Shown here piece after piece: positions 29,597 through 36,904 of a stretch of DNA of 64,000 bases. Below the pieces are notes generated by a model. It saw nothing but the letters and a program-made list of their open reading frames with translations, did no database searches and was not told where the DNA came from. Source of the DNA: Nitrososphaerota archaeon (lineage in GTDB: Archaea; Thermoproteota; Nitrososphaeria_A; Caldarchaeales; Calditenuaceae); the NCBI GenBank assembly GCA_033581555.1, contig JAVQSZ010000002.1:70065-134064 (forward strand), written 5' to 3'. The stretch's first letter is position 1. Every line of letters begins with the position of its first letter. Made by a program: the position numbers and the translations under genes.

Positions 29597-30619
29597 CTAT
29601 TTGCCTTGTGTGACCAGATTCATGATGTCTTCGAAAACGTCCTCGAGCGTTTCGTGTTTTGAGACGCCGGCGGGGACGCTCAACCCCTCTCTATTCACGC
29701 ACCATACTTTGACTTCATGACCTGTTAGCGCCAAGTACTTCTGCGCCCTCTTCCACGTCCTCTCAACGTAGTCGGTGTAGTTCCCTGGAGAGACAGTGAA
29801 GGAGTCACGAGATAGCGCGAGCACGGAAGACCTAAGCTCGATGTTGGGGAAGAACCTCGACCTCTTCCCGCCATAGGAGTTGTTGGTAAGCAGCTTCAGG
29901 AGCGCGATCAGAGCGGCCTTTCTCCTATTGGGGATCGAATTGCTTAGTTCTTGTTTTTTCTTCTCCAATTCATCGCGCGCTCCCTTTGGAGTTTCCCCGA
30001 AAACGTTAGATGGTACGCCGATTCCTGCTAAGTCGAGGTTTAGGTTAAGCGTGTATACAGAAGAGGCTATCTCGACGTTATACGGGATCTGACCGAGTTT
30101 GGCGTCTTTCCCAGCCTGCGAGAACAGGTAGCGAACGTGAAACTCAGCCTCCATCGCGGTGGCGTTAAGCACGTCCTGGATAGCTGGGATCATGTATCCG
30201 ACCTGAAAGCGGGATGTTCGTTTAACTGGGATATCACCAGTGTAAAGGAACCCGCCTACGTCGGCTACAATGTCTTTCAATAGAACGTCTATTTCGAACC
30301 TCATGATGTCCTCGTGGCTCTTCGGCGGCTTGACACCCTCTTCCGTAAGATAGCTGTCCTCAGAGAACTTGATGAACTCGTTTCTGGATGAGAATACGCC
30401 TACAGGCAATTTCATAGATTTCGCTACGTCGACTAACAGAGCCTGATATCCGTGGGCTATTGATTCTCCGGAGACTGCTGGCACGTATTTCAGGGTGTAG
30501 CCGTCGTGCTGTGGGATCACCATCGGTACAGTTCGATGCCTCGACAGGTTGCCGACGGTCTCGACCGAGTTGAGGGCCTCGACGTTCATCAAGCACCTCA
30601 AGGATATGCTGAGGAACAC
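29597..30619 (-). CDS. cas7: Cas7 (Csa2) backbone subunit, type I-A
   Basis: 340 aa. N-terminal MNVEALNSVETVGNLSRHR and overall RAMP pattern typical of Csa2. Confidence 0.75.
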   Translation of the reverse strand: MFLSISLRCLMNVEALNSVETVGNLSRHRTVPMVIPQHDGYTLKYVPAVSGESIAHGYQALLVDVAKSMKLPVGVFSSRNEFIKFSEDSYLTEEGVKPPKSHEDIMRFEIDVLLKDIVADVGGFLYTGDIPVKRTSRFQVGYMIPAIQDVLNATAMEAEFHVRYLFSQAGKDAKLGQIPYNVEIASSVYTLNLNLDLAGIGVPSNVFGETPKGARDELEKKKQELSNSIPNRRKAALIALLKLLTNNSYGGKRSRFFPNIELRSSVLALSRDSFTVSPGNYTDYVERTWKRAQKYLALTGHEVKVWCVNREGLSVPAGVSKHETLEDVFEDIMNLVTQGK

Positions 30620-30620
30620 C

Positions 30621-31067
30621 TCACTTCACCTCGCCCTGTTGAGCCGAAGGGGCTCTCAATCTCGACTCCACCAGTATCGCCGAGGCATACGCACCGATCT
30701 TCCTGGCAAGCGATGTATCGCTCTGAACCTTATCGATGAATTCCCTAACCATCTCGCTGCTGGGGAGGTGTCCCACGATCTGAAAGACACCGATTTCGTC
30801 CTGCACCTCGACGACCCGATACTCCCGCCCAGTGGTCGTTGTCTTAGTGCCAACCCTAAGTCTCCGTTCACTCTCGGATCGCGCTAGCTCGCTGTCTACG
30901 AGCCTCAGCGAGTCCCGTATAGTTCGAACCGCGGGCTCGGGGTTTAGCGCGTTAGCCATCCTGTCGATCATCGAGGGCGAACCGCTCAGAGCAGCAGCTG
31001 TAGCCAGGAGGACAGCGATCGGTCTGAACCCTTCTAGATCATGTTGAGGAGACTTACTCCCTGTCAT
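30621..31067 (-). CDS. csa5: Csa5 (Cas11 small subunit, type I-A)
   Basis: ORF track 30621..31130. The first 21 codons lie in AT-rich promoter-like DNA and would overlap csa3. The internal Met at 31067 gives a 148 aa alpha-helical protein, typical Csa5 size, immediately upstream of cas7. Confidence 0.6.
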   Translation of the reverse strand: MTGSKSPQHDLEGFRPIAVLLATAAALSGSPSMIDRMANALNPEPAVRTIRDSLRLVDSELARSESERRLRVGTKTTTTGREYRVVEVQDEIGVFQIVGHLPSSEMVREFIDKVQSDTSLARKIGAYASAILVESRLRAPSAQQGEVK

Positions 31068-31119
31068 GCGAGCCAAAAATATACAAGATGGTATATAAGA
31101 TTTATTCACCCGGAAAGGA
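31068..31119. promoter_or_regulatory. Divergent csa5/csa3 promoter region with a shared symmetric TATATA element
   Basis: AT-rich 52 nt spacer gagccaaaaatatacaagatggtatataagatttattcacccggaaaggA. TATATAAG at 31093-31100 lies 20-27 nt upstream of the csa3 ATG (31120). On the other strand it lies about 26-31 nt upstream of the csa5 ATG (31067). Both spacings suit leaderless archaeal transcripts. Confidence 0.4.
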
Positions 31120-31839
31120 ATGCATTCCATCTACTTGAAACAGATAAAAGCCTTATTACGGCTTAGTGAAACCATAGAGTCGATGATTTTAGCGGTCACG
31201 CTGGGCTTCGACGAGAAGTTCGCGGTCAGGGCCGTCATTCGGCACTCACACTCACGGCTGACCCGCATCGTGGTGATAACGCCTGCGCTTAGGGCGGATG
31301 AACGCACGGAGGCGGCGATTGGATCTCTGAGGGAGTTCCTGAGGAGATACCTCCAGATCGAGGACGTCGAGAGGGTTGAGGTGAGCGTGGACGACTGTTT
31401 CGACGCCGTCGGCGAACTCGTTGGAATGTTCGACTCGTGGGCAGGAGACGCCGTGACCCTCAACTTAAGCGGCGGAATGAGGCTCCTCGTGATCGAGTGT
31501 CTGATCGGCGCGCTGATGAGCAGGACACTTATGACCATCGAACTGGAGAGCGAAGACGGTTCGGCTTACTTTAGTTTCGGGAACGATTACTTCGATCCAG
31601 CCGTTTTCAACGAAATCGACCATATAGACAAACTGATTCTGAAATATCTAACTAACAAATGTTCCGCGTCTTCGTTGTCGAAGTTGTTGGATCTCCCCAA
31701 GTCTTCTGCTTGGAGGAGGGTAAGGAAACTTGAGAGGCTCGGGCTCGTCGAGGTGGAAAGGGTGGGCAGGTCTCTTGCGGTGAGGCCTACCGACAAAGGA
31801 AGAGTGCTGAGAAGCATCATGCGCGACCTACACCGCTAA
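31120..31839 (+). CDS. csa3: Csa3: CARF-domain + winged-HTH CRISPR-associated transcriptional regulator
   Basis: 239 aa. N-terminal Rossmann-like CARF (ILAVTLGFDEKFAVRAV, VVITPA, VTLNLSGGMRLLVIECL). C-terminal wHTH (LILKYLTNK...LSKLLDLPKSSAWRRVRKLERLGLVE). The alternative start at Met22 is 31183. Confidence 0.7.
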   Translation: MHSIYLKQIKALLRLSETIESMILAVTLGFDEKFAVRAVIRHSHSRLTRIVVITPALRADERTEAAIGSLREFLRRYLQIEDVERVEVSVDDCFDAVGELVGMFDSWAGDAVTLNLSGGMRLLVIECLIGALMSRTLMTIELESEDGSAYFSFGNDYFDPAVFNEIDHIDKLILKYLTNKCSASSLSKLLDLPKSSAWRRVRKLERLGLVEVERVGRSLAVRPTDKGRVLRSIMRDLHR

Positions 31840-31866
31840 CGCTTAGAGTTGAAGCCGAGCCCCCGC

Positions 31867-32286
31867 TCAATCGAGTTTCTGGACGACGTCGTGAACGATG
31901 ACGTTGGTCTTGTCGCCGATGCGCGTTATAGTGGCCTTAGCGATGAAGGCACTCCCGCGTTTGATCAGACCCACAGGGCCGTAGTAGTTAGTGGATTCGA
32001 GCCTTGCCATGAACCGGTCGTTGACCTTTACCACCGCGAACCCCTTGTAAACACGCTCCACCTCGACCTTTAGGAGCCTCCCTCCAGCGAACCTCGACCT
32101 CACCGCGGACGATGCGACGTACCTGCCCCTCACTTTCACCACCCTCCTCGACCTCATTAAGCCCCTGAGGACTGACCGGGCCCTAGAGGGCTCGAGTTCG
32201 AGCTCCTGCGCGACGTCCTCCAGCGTCATCCCTGCCCTGCCTGCGGTCAGGAGAAGCATGTACACCTCCTTCGTAAGGGAGGTCAT
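31867..32286 (-). CDS. Hypothetical protein: N-terminal winged-helix + C-terminal beta-rich domain
   Basis: 139 aa. MarR-like wHTH (VYMLLLTAGRAGMTLEDVAQELELEPSRARSVLRGLMRS). The C-terminal ~70 aa is predicted beta-rich (LLKVEVERVYKGFAVVKVNDRF...). Lower-GC codon usage like the cas genes. Confidence 0.45.
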   Translation of the reverse strand: MTSLTKEVYMLLLTAGRAGMTLEDVAQELELEPSRARSVLRGLMRSRRVVKVRGRYVASSAVRSRFAGGRLLKVEVERVYKGFAVVKVNDRFMARLESTNYYGPVGLIKRGSAFIAKATITRIGDKTNVIVHDVVQKLD

Positions 32287-32415
32287 CTCTCAACAAGTGG
32301 ACTAGTCGTTAAAATAGGTCTACTTCGTCCGGATTTACCGAATGCAACTTTAGAAGACGTATGGAATGTTTTACTATATCCTTACTGGAATAATATGTCT
32401 CAACATATAAGCCAT

Positions 32416-33315
32416 CTACTTTTTTAGGACTACGGAACTTTTTCCATCCCTGTGCTCAGGAGTATCATTGATCAGAACACGGTAGCCACGACGGGATGTC
32501 GTCTGTACTGGTAATTTGTCTTTATCCAACCGTTTAGTTTCAAGCAACCACTCTGCACATCTGGTCAATATATCTTTCCACACTCTAATTTCATACTCCT
32601 TACCGTCAGGGAATCTTATCGACTTGTAACGTAACGGTTCTCCTTTCTTGGGTTTAAGTTCACTTAGCGGTAGACCTTTCCTGTCACGATAAGGAGGCGC
32701 AATTACGGTAGGAGGAGGACTGCCTATGCCGGCGTACCTCATTATCGAAAAGGCGTTCCTGATGACTTCGCCCGGCTCCATCTTCCTTATGTCCCATTCT
32801 GCGATCTTCTTTTCATGCAGAGGCTTCTGCACTTGGGTGTCATAGACCTCCCACTTCGCCCCATCGGTCGCGATGAAGTATCTCACTCCCTCCGACACGC
32901 AGTATGACACCTGCTGAATCAAGTCCTCCTCCTTCCCCAGGCTCTTAGCACCTATGAACGCGATCCTCTGGCCGTTCAGCAGAAGCGCGTAGTCAGGTCT
33001 TCCGGCCTGAGTGGAGACTTCGGGTATGACGAGGTTCGGGTCTTCGGTGTCCCAACCTAGCGCCCTCAGGAAGGGGTCGATGAGCACGTACCTTGTCAGG
33101 GTCTCGCTTTTCTGTAACATGTCACGGTGACTTTCGATTTTCATTCTAAGCTGCCTGACGAGATCAACGAGTCCTTCAAGCGCCACAATCCTAATTTTAA
33201 AATCATAAATATATACTTTATGGGAAATAATTTGTAGGACCGACTGTCGATGTGCGAAACCTAAGTTTACGCTCCTCAATTGAGGCTGCTTTACCGCTAC
33301 GCGACCCTCCAACAT
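32416..33315 (-). CDS. HsdR_N-like (type I restriction enzyme R N-terminal / Mrr-like PD-(D/E)xK) domain protein with uncharacterised C-terminal domain
   Basis: HsdR_N pattern SETLTRYVLIDPFLRALGW...GRPDYALLL...IAFIGAKSLGKEE...GVRYFIATDGAKWEVYD. The C-terminal ~110 aa is K/R-rich and unknown. Start uncertain: Met1 at 33315 would overlap the hef 3' end by ~100 nt; the internal Met at 33144 gives 243 aa. Low-GC island codon usage. Confidence 0.5.
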   Translation of the reverse strand: MLEGRVAVKQPQLRSVNLGFAHRQSVLQIISHKVYIYDFKIRIVALEGLVDLVRQLRMKIESHRDMLQKSETLTRYVLIDPFLRALGWDTEDPNLVIPEVSTQAGRPDYALLLNGQRIAFIGAKSLGKEEDLIQQVSYCVSEGVRYFIATDGAKWEVYDTQVQKPLHEKKIAEWDIRKMEPGEVIRNAFSIMRYAGIGSPPPTVIAPPYRDRKGLPLSELKPKKGEPLRYKSIRFPDGKEYEIRVWKDILTRCAEWLLETKRLDKDKLPVQTTSRRGYRVLINDTPEHRDGKSSVVLKK

Positions 33316-34897
33316 TGGTCCACGGCCAAGGATGACCCACCACGGGTTCAGGCCCCCTTCGCGGAACCAGAACTCCCGGCAAGTCCCTCGAGGCGAGCTT
33401 CAGGACCCTCTCGACCCGCCGGGCCCTCCTATACCCCTCCCTGAAGTAGTACTCGTCTATCGTCCCCTTGGTCACCAGAATAACGACCCTGCCGGGTAAC
33501 CTCCTCCCCGTCCTACCCCTCCTCTGGATGTACCTGATCCCGGACACGGTCGGCTCGTAGAAGACGACCAGCCCACACTCGGGGACGTCGAGCCCCTCCT
33601 CACCGATAGACGTGGCCACCAATACGCTGAACTTCCCCGCCCTGAACTCCTTCAGGATCCTGACCTGCTCGTCCTGGGTCATCCTCGGGCCCGACTTGCC
33701 CTCCGCCTTCCCCACGAAGAGGTGGGCTCTGATACCCCTAGAGCTCATCCTCTCGACGAGGAGCTCAGCCGTAGACCTGAGGTTGGCGAAGACCAGGACC
33801 CTGTCGCCAGGGTTGGAGGAGAGGTGTTCGCTCAGGACCCTGAGGAGGACCTCGACCTTCGGGTGCTCGGCCTCGCATCCCTTCACGAGCTCCACCAGCT
33901 CGCGGAAGTCTGGGCTCGATGACAGGACCCTGTGGCTCCTGCGCCTAGACCTCCTCACCTCGTCGAGGTATCTGAGGAGGAGTGAAGCGTGCTGACTCTC
34001 CACGAGCTCCAGGGCGTAGAAGAGGCTGAGGACTTCGGAGAGGACTACGAGGGAGTGGGCGACCAACCCCCTCGCACCGGACCCGAGCTCCGCCTTCAGC
34101 CGCTCCATCACCGCGAGCAGCGACCTCCGGTTGAACTCGATCCCCTCGAGGGCGACGTAACCCGTTGACCGGAGCCTCTCAAGCCTCGACTCGATCATCT
34201 CCTTGATCTTCGACCTGATTCTTTCGTACTGCTCGGGGAGGGAGACGGTGACCCAGCTGACGTCGGTGCCGGGCACGTAAGCCTTCACGTCCTCGTCCTC
34301 CTCGGTCCTCCATTCGATCCTCTCTATCCAGAGGTTCCTGACCAGCTCCTTCACCCTCTCGGGGTCCGAACCTGGAGAGGCTGTGAGCGCGAGGATCAGG
34401 GGCCATGGGCAGGCCTTGACGTACTCGTTCGCGATCCGCGTGTACGCGTAACGCTCCCTGGACCTGTGGCACTCGTCCATCACGACGACCGCGAACTCCT
34501 CGAGGTTCACGAGGCCCCTGGAGATGTCGTTCCAGACCGTCTGGGGCGTGGCGAGGACTAGCCTTACGCTCGGGTCGAGCCAATACCGTTCCCTGTCGGG
34601 GACGTCGCCGGTCAGCGCCGCGACCTCCCTCCTCTCGAGCCTCAGGTGGGCGAGGACGCTGGAGGTGTGCTGTAGGACGAGGGGCTTGGTCGGGGCCATG
34701 ACTAGGGCCCTGCACCCGGGATACCTGTGGAGGACCTCCGCGACGACGAGCTCCGCGATTACGGTCTTCCCGAGCGCGGTCGGGAGGACGACCAGCGTGT
34801 TGCCCCTCAGCGCGGCCTCCGCGATCCTGACCTGGTACTCGCGCCTCAGCAGGGTCCTCTCCCTCACCATCGGGTGCTCGATGAACTGGACCTCCAT
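33218..34897 (-). CDS. hef: Hef/FANCM-like superfamily 2 helicase (no nuclease domain)
   Basis: 559 aa. Motif I VVLPTALGKT, II MDECHRS, III LTASPG, V ATSIGEEGLDVP, VI QRRGRTGRR. The last ~40 codons run into AT-rich island-boundary DNA; see findings. Confidence 0.75.
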   Translation of the reverse strand: MEVQFIEHPMVRERTLLRREYQVRIAEAALRGNTLVVLPTALGKTVIAELVVAEVLHRYPGCRALVMAPTKPLVLQHTSSVLAHLRLERREVAALTGDVPDRERYWLDPSVRLVLATPQTVWNDISRGLVNLEEFAVVVMDECHRSRERYAYTRIANEYVKACPWPLILALTASPGSDPERVKELVRNLWIERIEWRTEEDEDVKAYVPGTDVSWVTVSLPEQYERIRSKIKEMIESRLERLRSTGYVALEGIEFNRRSLLAVMERLKAELGSGARGLVAHSLVVLSEVLSLFYALELVESQHASLLLRYLDEVRRSRRRSHRVLSSSPDFRELVELVKGCEAEHPKVEVLLRVLSEHLSSNPGDRVLVFANLRSTAELLVERMSSRGIRAHLFVGKAEGKSGPRMTQDEQVRILKEFRAGKFSVLVATSIGEEGLDVPECGLVVFYEPTVSGIRYIQRRGRTGRRLPGRVVILVTKGTIDEYYFREGYRRARRVERVLKLASRDLPGVLVPRRGPEPVVGHPWPWTNVGGSRSGKAASIEERKLRFRTSTVGPTNYFP

Positions 34898-35018
34898 CCC
34901 TTAGGACGCGGCCGGCTCCGCCTAATTTGCCATCGCGTGCTCGACCGTTCTAGTGCCCAACAGACCGAGGACTTAACGCGGCAGACCTTTTTACCAGTCC
35001 GAGTCCGGAACGTTTGGG

Positions 35019-35402
35019 ATGAAGCGGGTCTCGCCGAGGGCGCTGAGGAGGATGCAGGAGAGGCTCCTGTCGTCGTCGGGGATATCGATGAACGAGCTTG
35101 GCGAGGCGAGGGTCCTGATCGAGCTGGGTGAAAGGAGGATAAGGCTCGAGGGCGTGACGGTCGTCGAGCTCGAGGGCCCGATGGGGAAGGTCTACCAGCT
35201 GGTGGGGGGTAGAGAGGTCGAGGAGGTAGCGGTGAGCGAGGAGGTTCAGGCTACGGCCGCGAGCGTTCCGGAGGTCAGCGATGAGGACGTAGCCCTGGTG
35301 GCCGCACAAGCGGGGGTCTCTGAGGAGGAGGCGAGGAGGGCCCTGATCGAGGCCGGAGGCGACCTCGCGAGGGCCATACTCTCGCTCAGGTCCAGGAAGT
35401 AG
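35019..35402 (+). CDS. nac: Nascent polypeptide-associated complex protein (NAC alpha homologue) with C-terminal UBA-like domain
   Basis: 127 aa. N-terminal PRALRRMQERL...MNELGEARVLIELGERRI; C-terminal EEEARRALIEAGGDLARAI (UBA). Confidence 0.8.
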   Translation: MKRVSPRALRRMQERLLSSSGISMNELGEARVLIELGERRIRLEGVTVVELEGPMGKVYQLVGGREVEEVAVSEEVQATAASVPEVSDEDVALVAAQAGVSEEEARRALIEAGGDLARAILSLRSRK

Positions 35403-35403
35403 T

Positions 35404-35808
35404 TCAGAGGCCGACGTAGTGCAGCTTCACGTGCTCCCTCATCAGCTCCCCGTAGGGCGTGGCATAGCCACAGTGGGGACAGACGTGAAGACCAGGGTCG
35501 GCCGGACCTGCCGTGCTCAGCGCGAGCCTGACCTCTTCAGGGTTGAGCACGACCACCCTCAGCCTCTCGCCGTCGGACTCCACCTTGCAGTGCTCCGAGA
35601 CGCTCAACTCCCCTAGGGCGTCCCGAACGAGGCCGAGGAGGGCGGCCTGGCTCGGCCTCGACCAGCTGACCGAGAGGTCTATCGCGACCGACCCCTCCCT
35701 GGGGACCGCGATCCCGCCCAACTCAACAAGGCGCTCGGTGAGCCTCGCCGCGAGGGGGACCTCGAGCCCCCTGAAGCCCACGACGACGACGTAGACGACG
35801 TCCCTCAA
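35404..35808 (-). CDS. Hypothetical protein with C-terminal C2H2-type zinc-finger-like motif
   Basis: 134 aa; C-terminal CPHCGYATPYGELMREHVKLH (C-x2-C...H-x4-H). No other recognisable motif. Confidence 0.35.
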   Translation of the reverse strand: MRDVVYVVVVGFRGLEVPLAARLTERLVELGGIAVPREGSVAIDLSVSWSRPSQAALLGLVRDALGELSVSEHCKVESDGERLRVVVLNPEEVRLALSTAGPADPGLHVCPHCGYATPYGELMREHVKLHYVGL

Positions 35809-36359
35809 GTCCCGGTCACCCGCGGAGCTGAAGTCTTCATTTGGGAGAAGATCACCCTCAGCCTTTCGACGCCGCCGATGCTCCTGATGTACTCCGCGAC
35901 CTCGGGCTGGACGTAGTCCTCCCAGGGCCCTCCCTCGACCATCAGCCTCCTGATCTCGGTCCCGTTGAACCTCTCCCTCTCGAAGAGCTGGGGCTCCCTC
36001 ACCCTGATCCCCGAGGACTCCGCCAACAGCTTTACGAAGGGGTTGTTGGTGTAGAGCGCCTCGAACTTGGGCACCGTGGCTACCACCCTGCTGATCCAGA
36101 GATGGTGCTCTCCGATGTCCGGCACCGGGACCGGAATCACCCTCGAGAGGTCGTGTCCCGCGCTCTTCAGGCCTATGCGGATCATCTCGATCCTCTCACC
36201 CGCGGTGAAGGGGTTGTCGGGCGTGTAGCTGAACTGGGAGCTCCCTATAGCGACTATGAGCTCGTCGTTCTCCGATAGTGCTTGTTCAGCGGCCCTGAGG
36301 TGTCCGAGGTGAAACGGCTGGAACCTCCCGACCAGCAGCCCCCGCTTCGGTATCGCCAA
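35805..36359 (-). CDS. nadM: Nicotinamide-nucleotide adenylyltransferase, archaeal type
   Basis: 184 aa. VGRFQPFHLGHL (HxGH nucleotidyltransferase motif in the archaeal NMNAT context), later ISRV. Confidence 0.85.
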   Translation of the reverse strand: MAIPKRGLLVGRFQPFHLGHLRAAEQALSENDELIVAIGSSQFSYTPDNPFTAGERIEMIRIGLKSAGHDLSRVIPVPVPDIGEHHLWISRVVATVPKFEALYTNNPFVKLLAESSGIRVREPQLFERERFNGTEIRRLMVEGGPWEDYVQPEVAEYIRSIGGVERLRVIFSQMKTSAPRVTGT

Positions 36360-36469
36360 CCCGTGCCGTCGTAGCGGCGACTCTCTAATTAACGGAACAC
36401 CGGTCCTTCCTTCGACCGATCCGGGACCACAAAACTATTAACGCCCCCCAAATCGCGTGCTAGAGGCGC

Positions 36470-36889
36470 ATGTCGACCACTTACGAGGTGCCCAGCGGGC
36501 TGAGCTACTCTAGGAACCACGAGTGGGTCAGGCAGAAGGGCAAGTACGCGGTGATCGGGGTCACGGACTACGTCCAGAAGAAGCTGCGGGAGATACTCTA
36601 CGTGGAGCTCCCGAACATCAACACCAAGCTCACCAGAGGCCAGCACCTCGCGACGATCGAGTCGGTCGGGGGGAGCCACGAGGTGAGGGCCCCGGTCAGC
36701 GGGAAGATAGTTGAGGTGAACGCGAGGCTCATCGACAGCCCCGAGCTGATCAACGAGTACCCCTACGAGGACGGTTGGATCTGCAGGATGGAGGTCTCGG
36801 ACCCGACGGAGCTAGAGGACCTGATGCAGCCCGACGAGTACACTAGATACATCGAGGAGCTTGAGCTGGAGGCTAGCGAGACCGAGTGA
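36470..36889 (+). CDS. gcvH: Glycine cleavage system H protein family member lacking the canonical lipoyl-lysine
   Basis: 139 aa. Classic GcvH pattern (YSRNHEWVR..., AVIGVTDYVQKKL, DPYEDGWI). The lipoylation motif is ESVGGSHEV instead of ESVKA, with Gly in place of the Lys. Confidence 0.7.
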   Translation: MSTTYEVPSGLSYSRNHEWVRQKGKYAVIGVTDYVQKKLREILYVELPNINTKLTRGQHLATIESVGGSHEVRAPVSGKIVEVNARLIDSPELINEYPYEDGWICRMEVSDPTELEDLMQPDEYTRYIEELELEASETE

Positions 36890-36904
36890 GCGCCGTTCAC
36901 TCTC

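Noticed and set aside
31068-31130. Upstream Met (MECIPFRVNKSY...) as the csa5 start, overlapping the csa3 start
   Set aside because: Those codons lie in the AT-rich TATA-containing spacer and would overlap csa3 head-to-head. The internal Met at 31067 gives a typical Csa5 size.
24181-33330. CRISPR repeat-spacer array next to the cas genes
   Set aside because: I read all non-coding stretches in and around the cassette (24181-24285, 31839-31867, 32287-32415, 33145-33260) and the other intergenic regions of the window. None shows regularly spaced direct repeats of 24-37 nt. An array, if present, lies outside the window.
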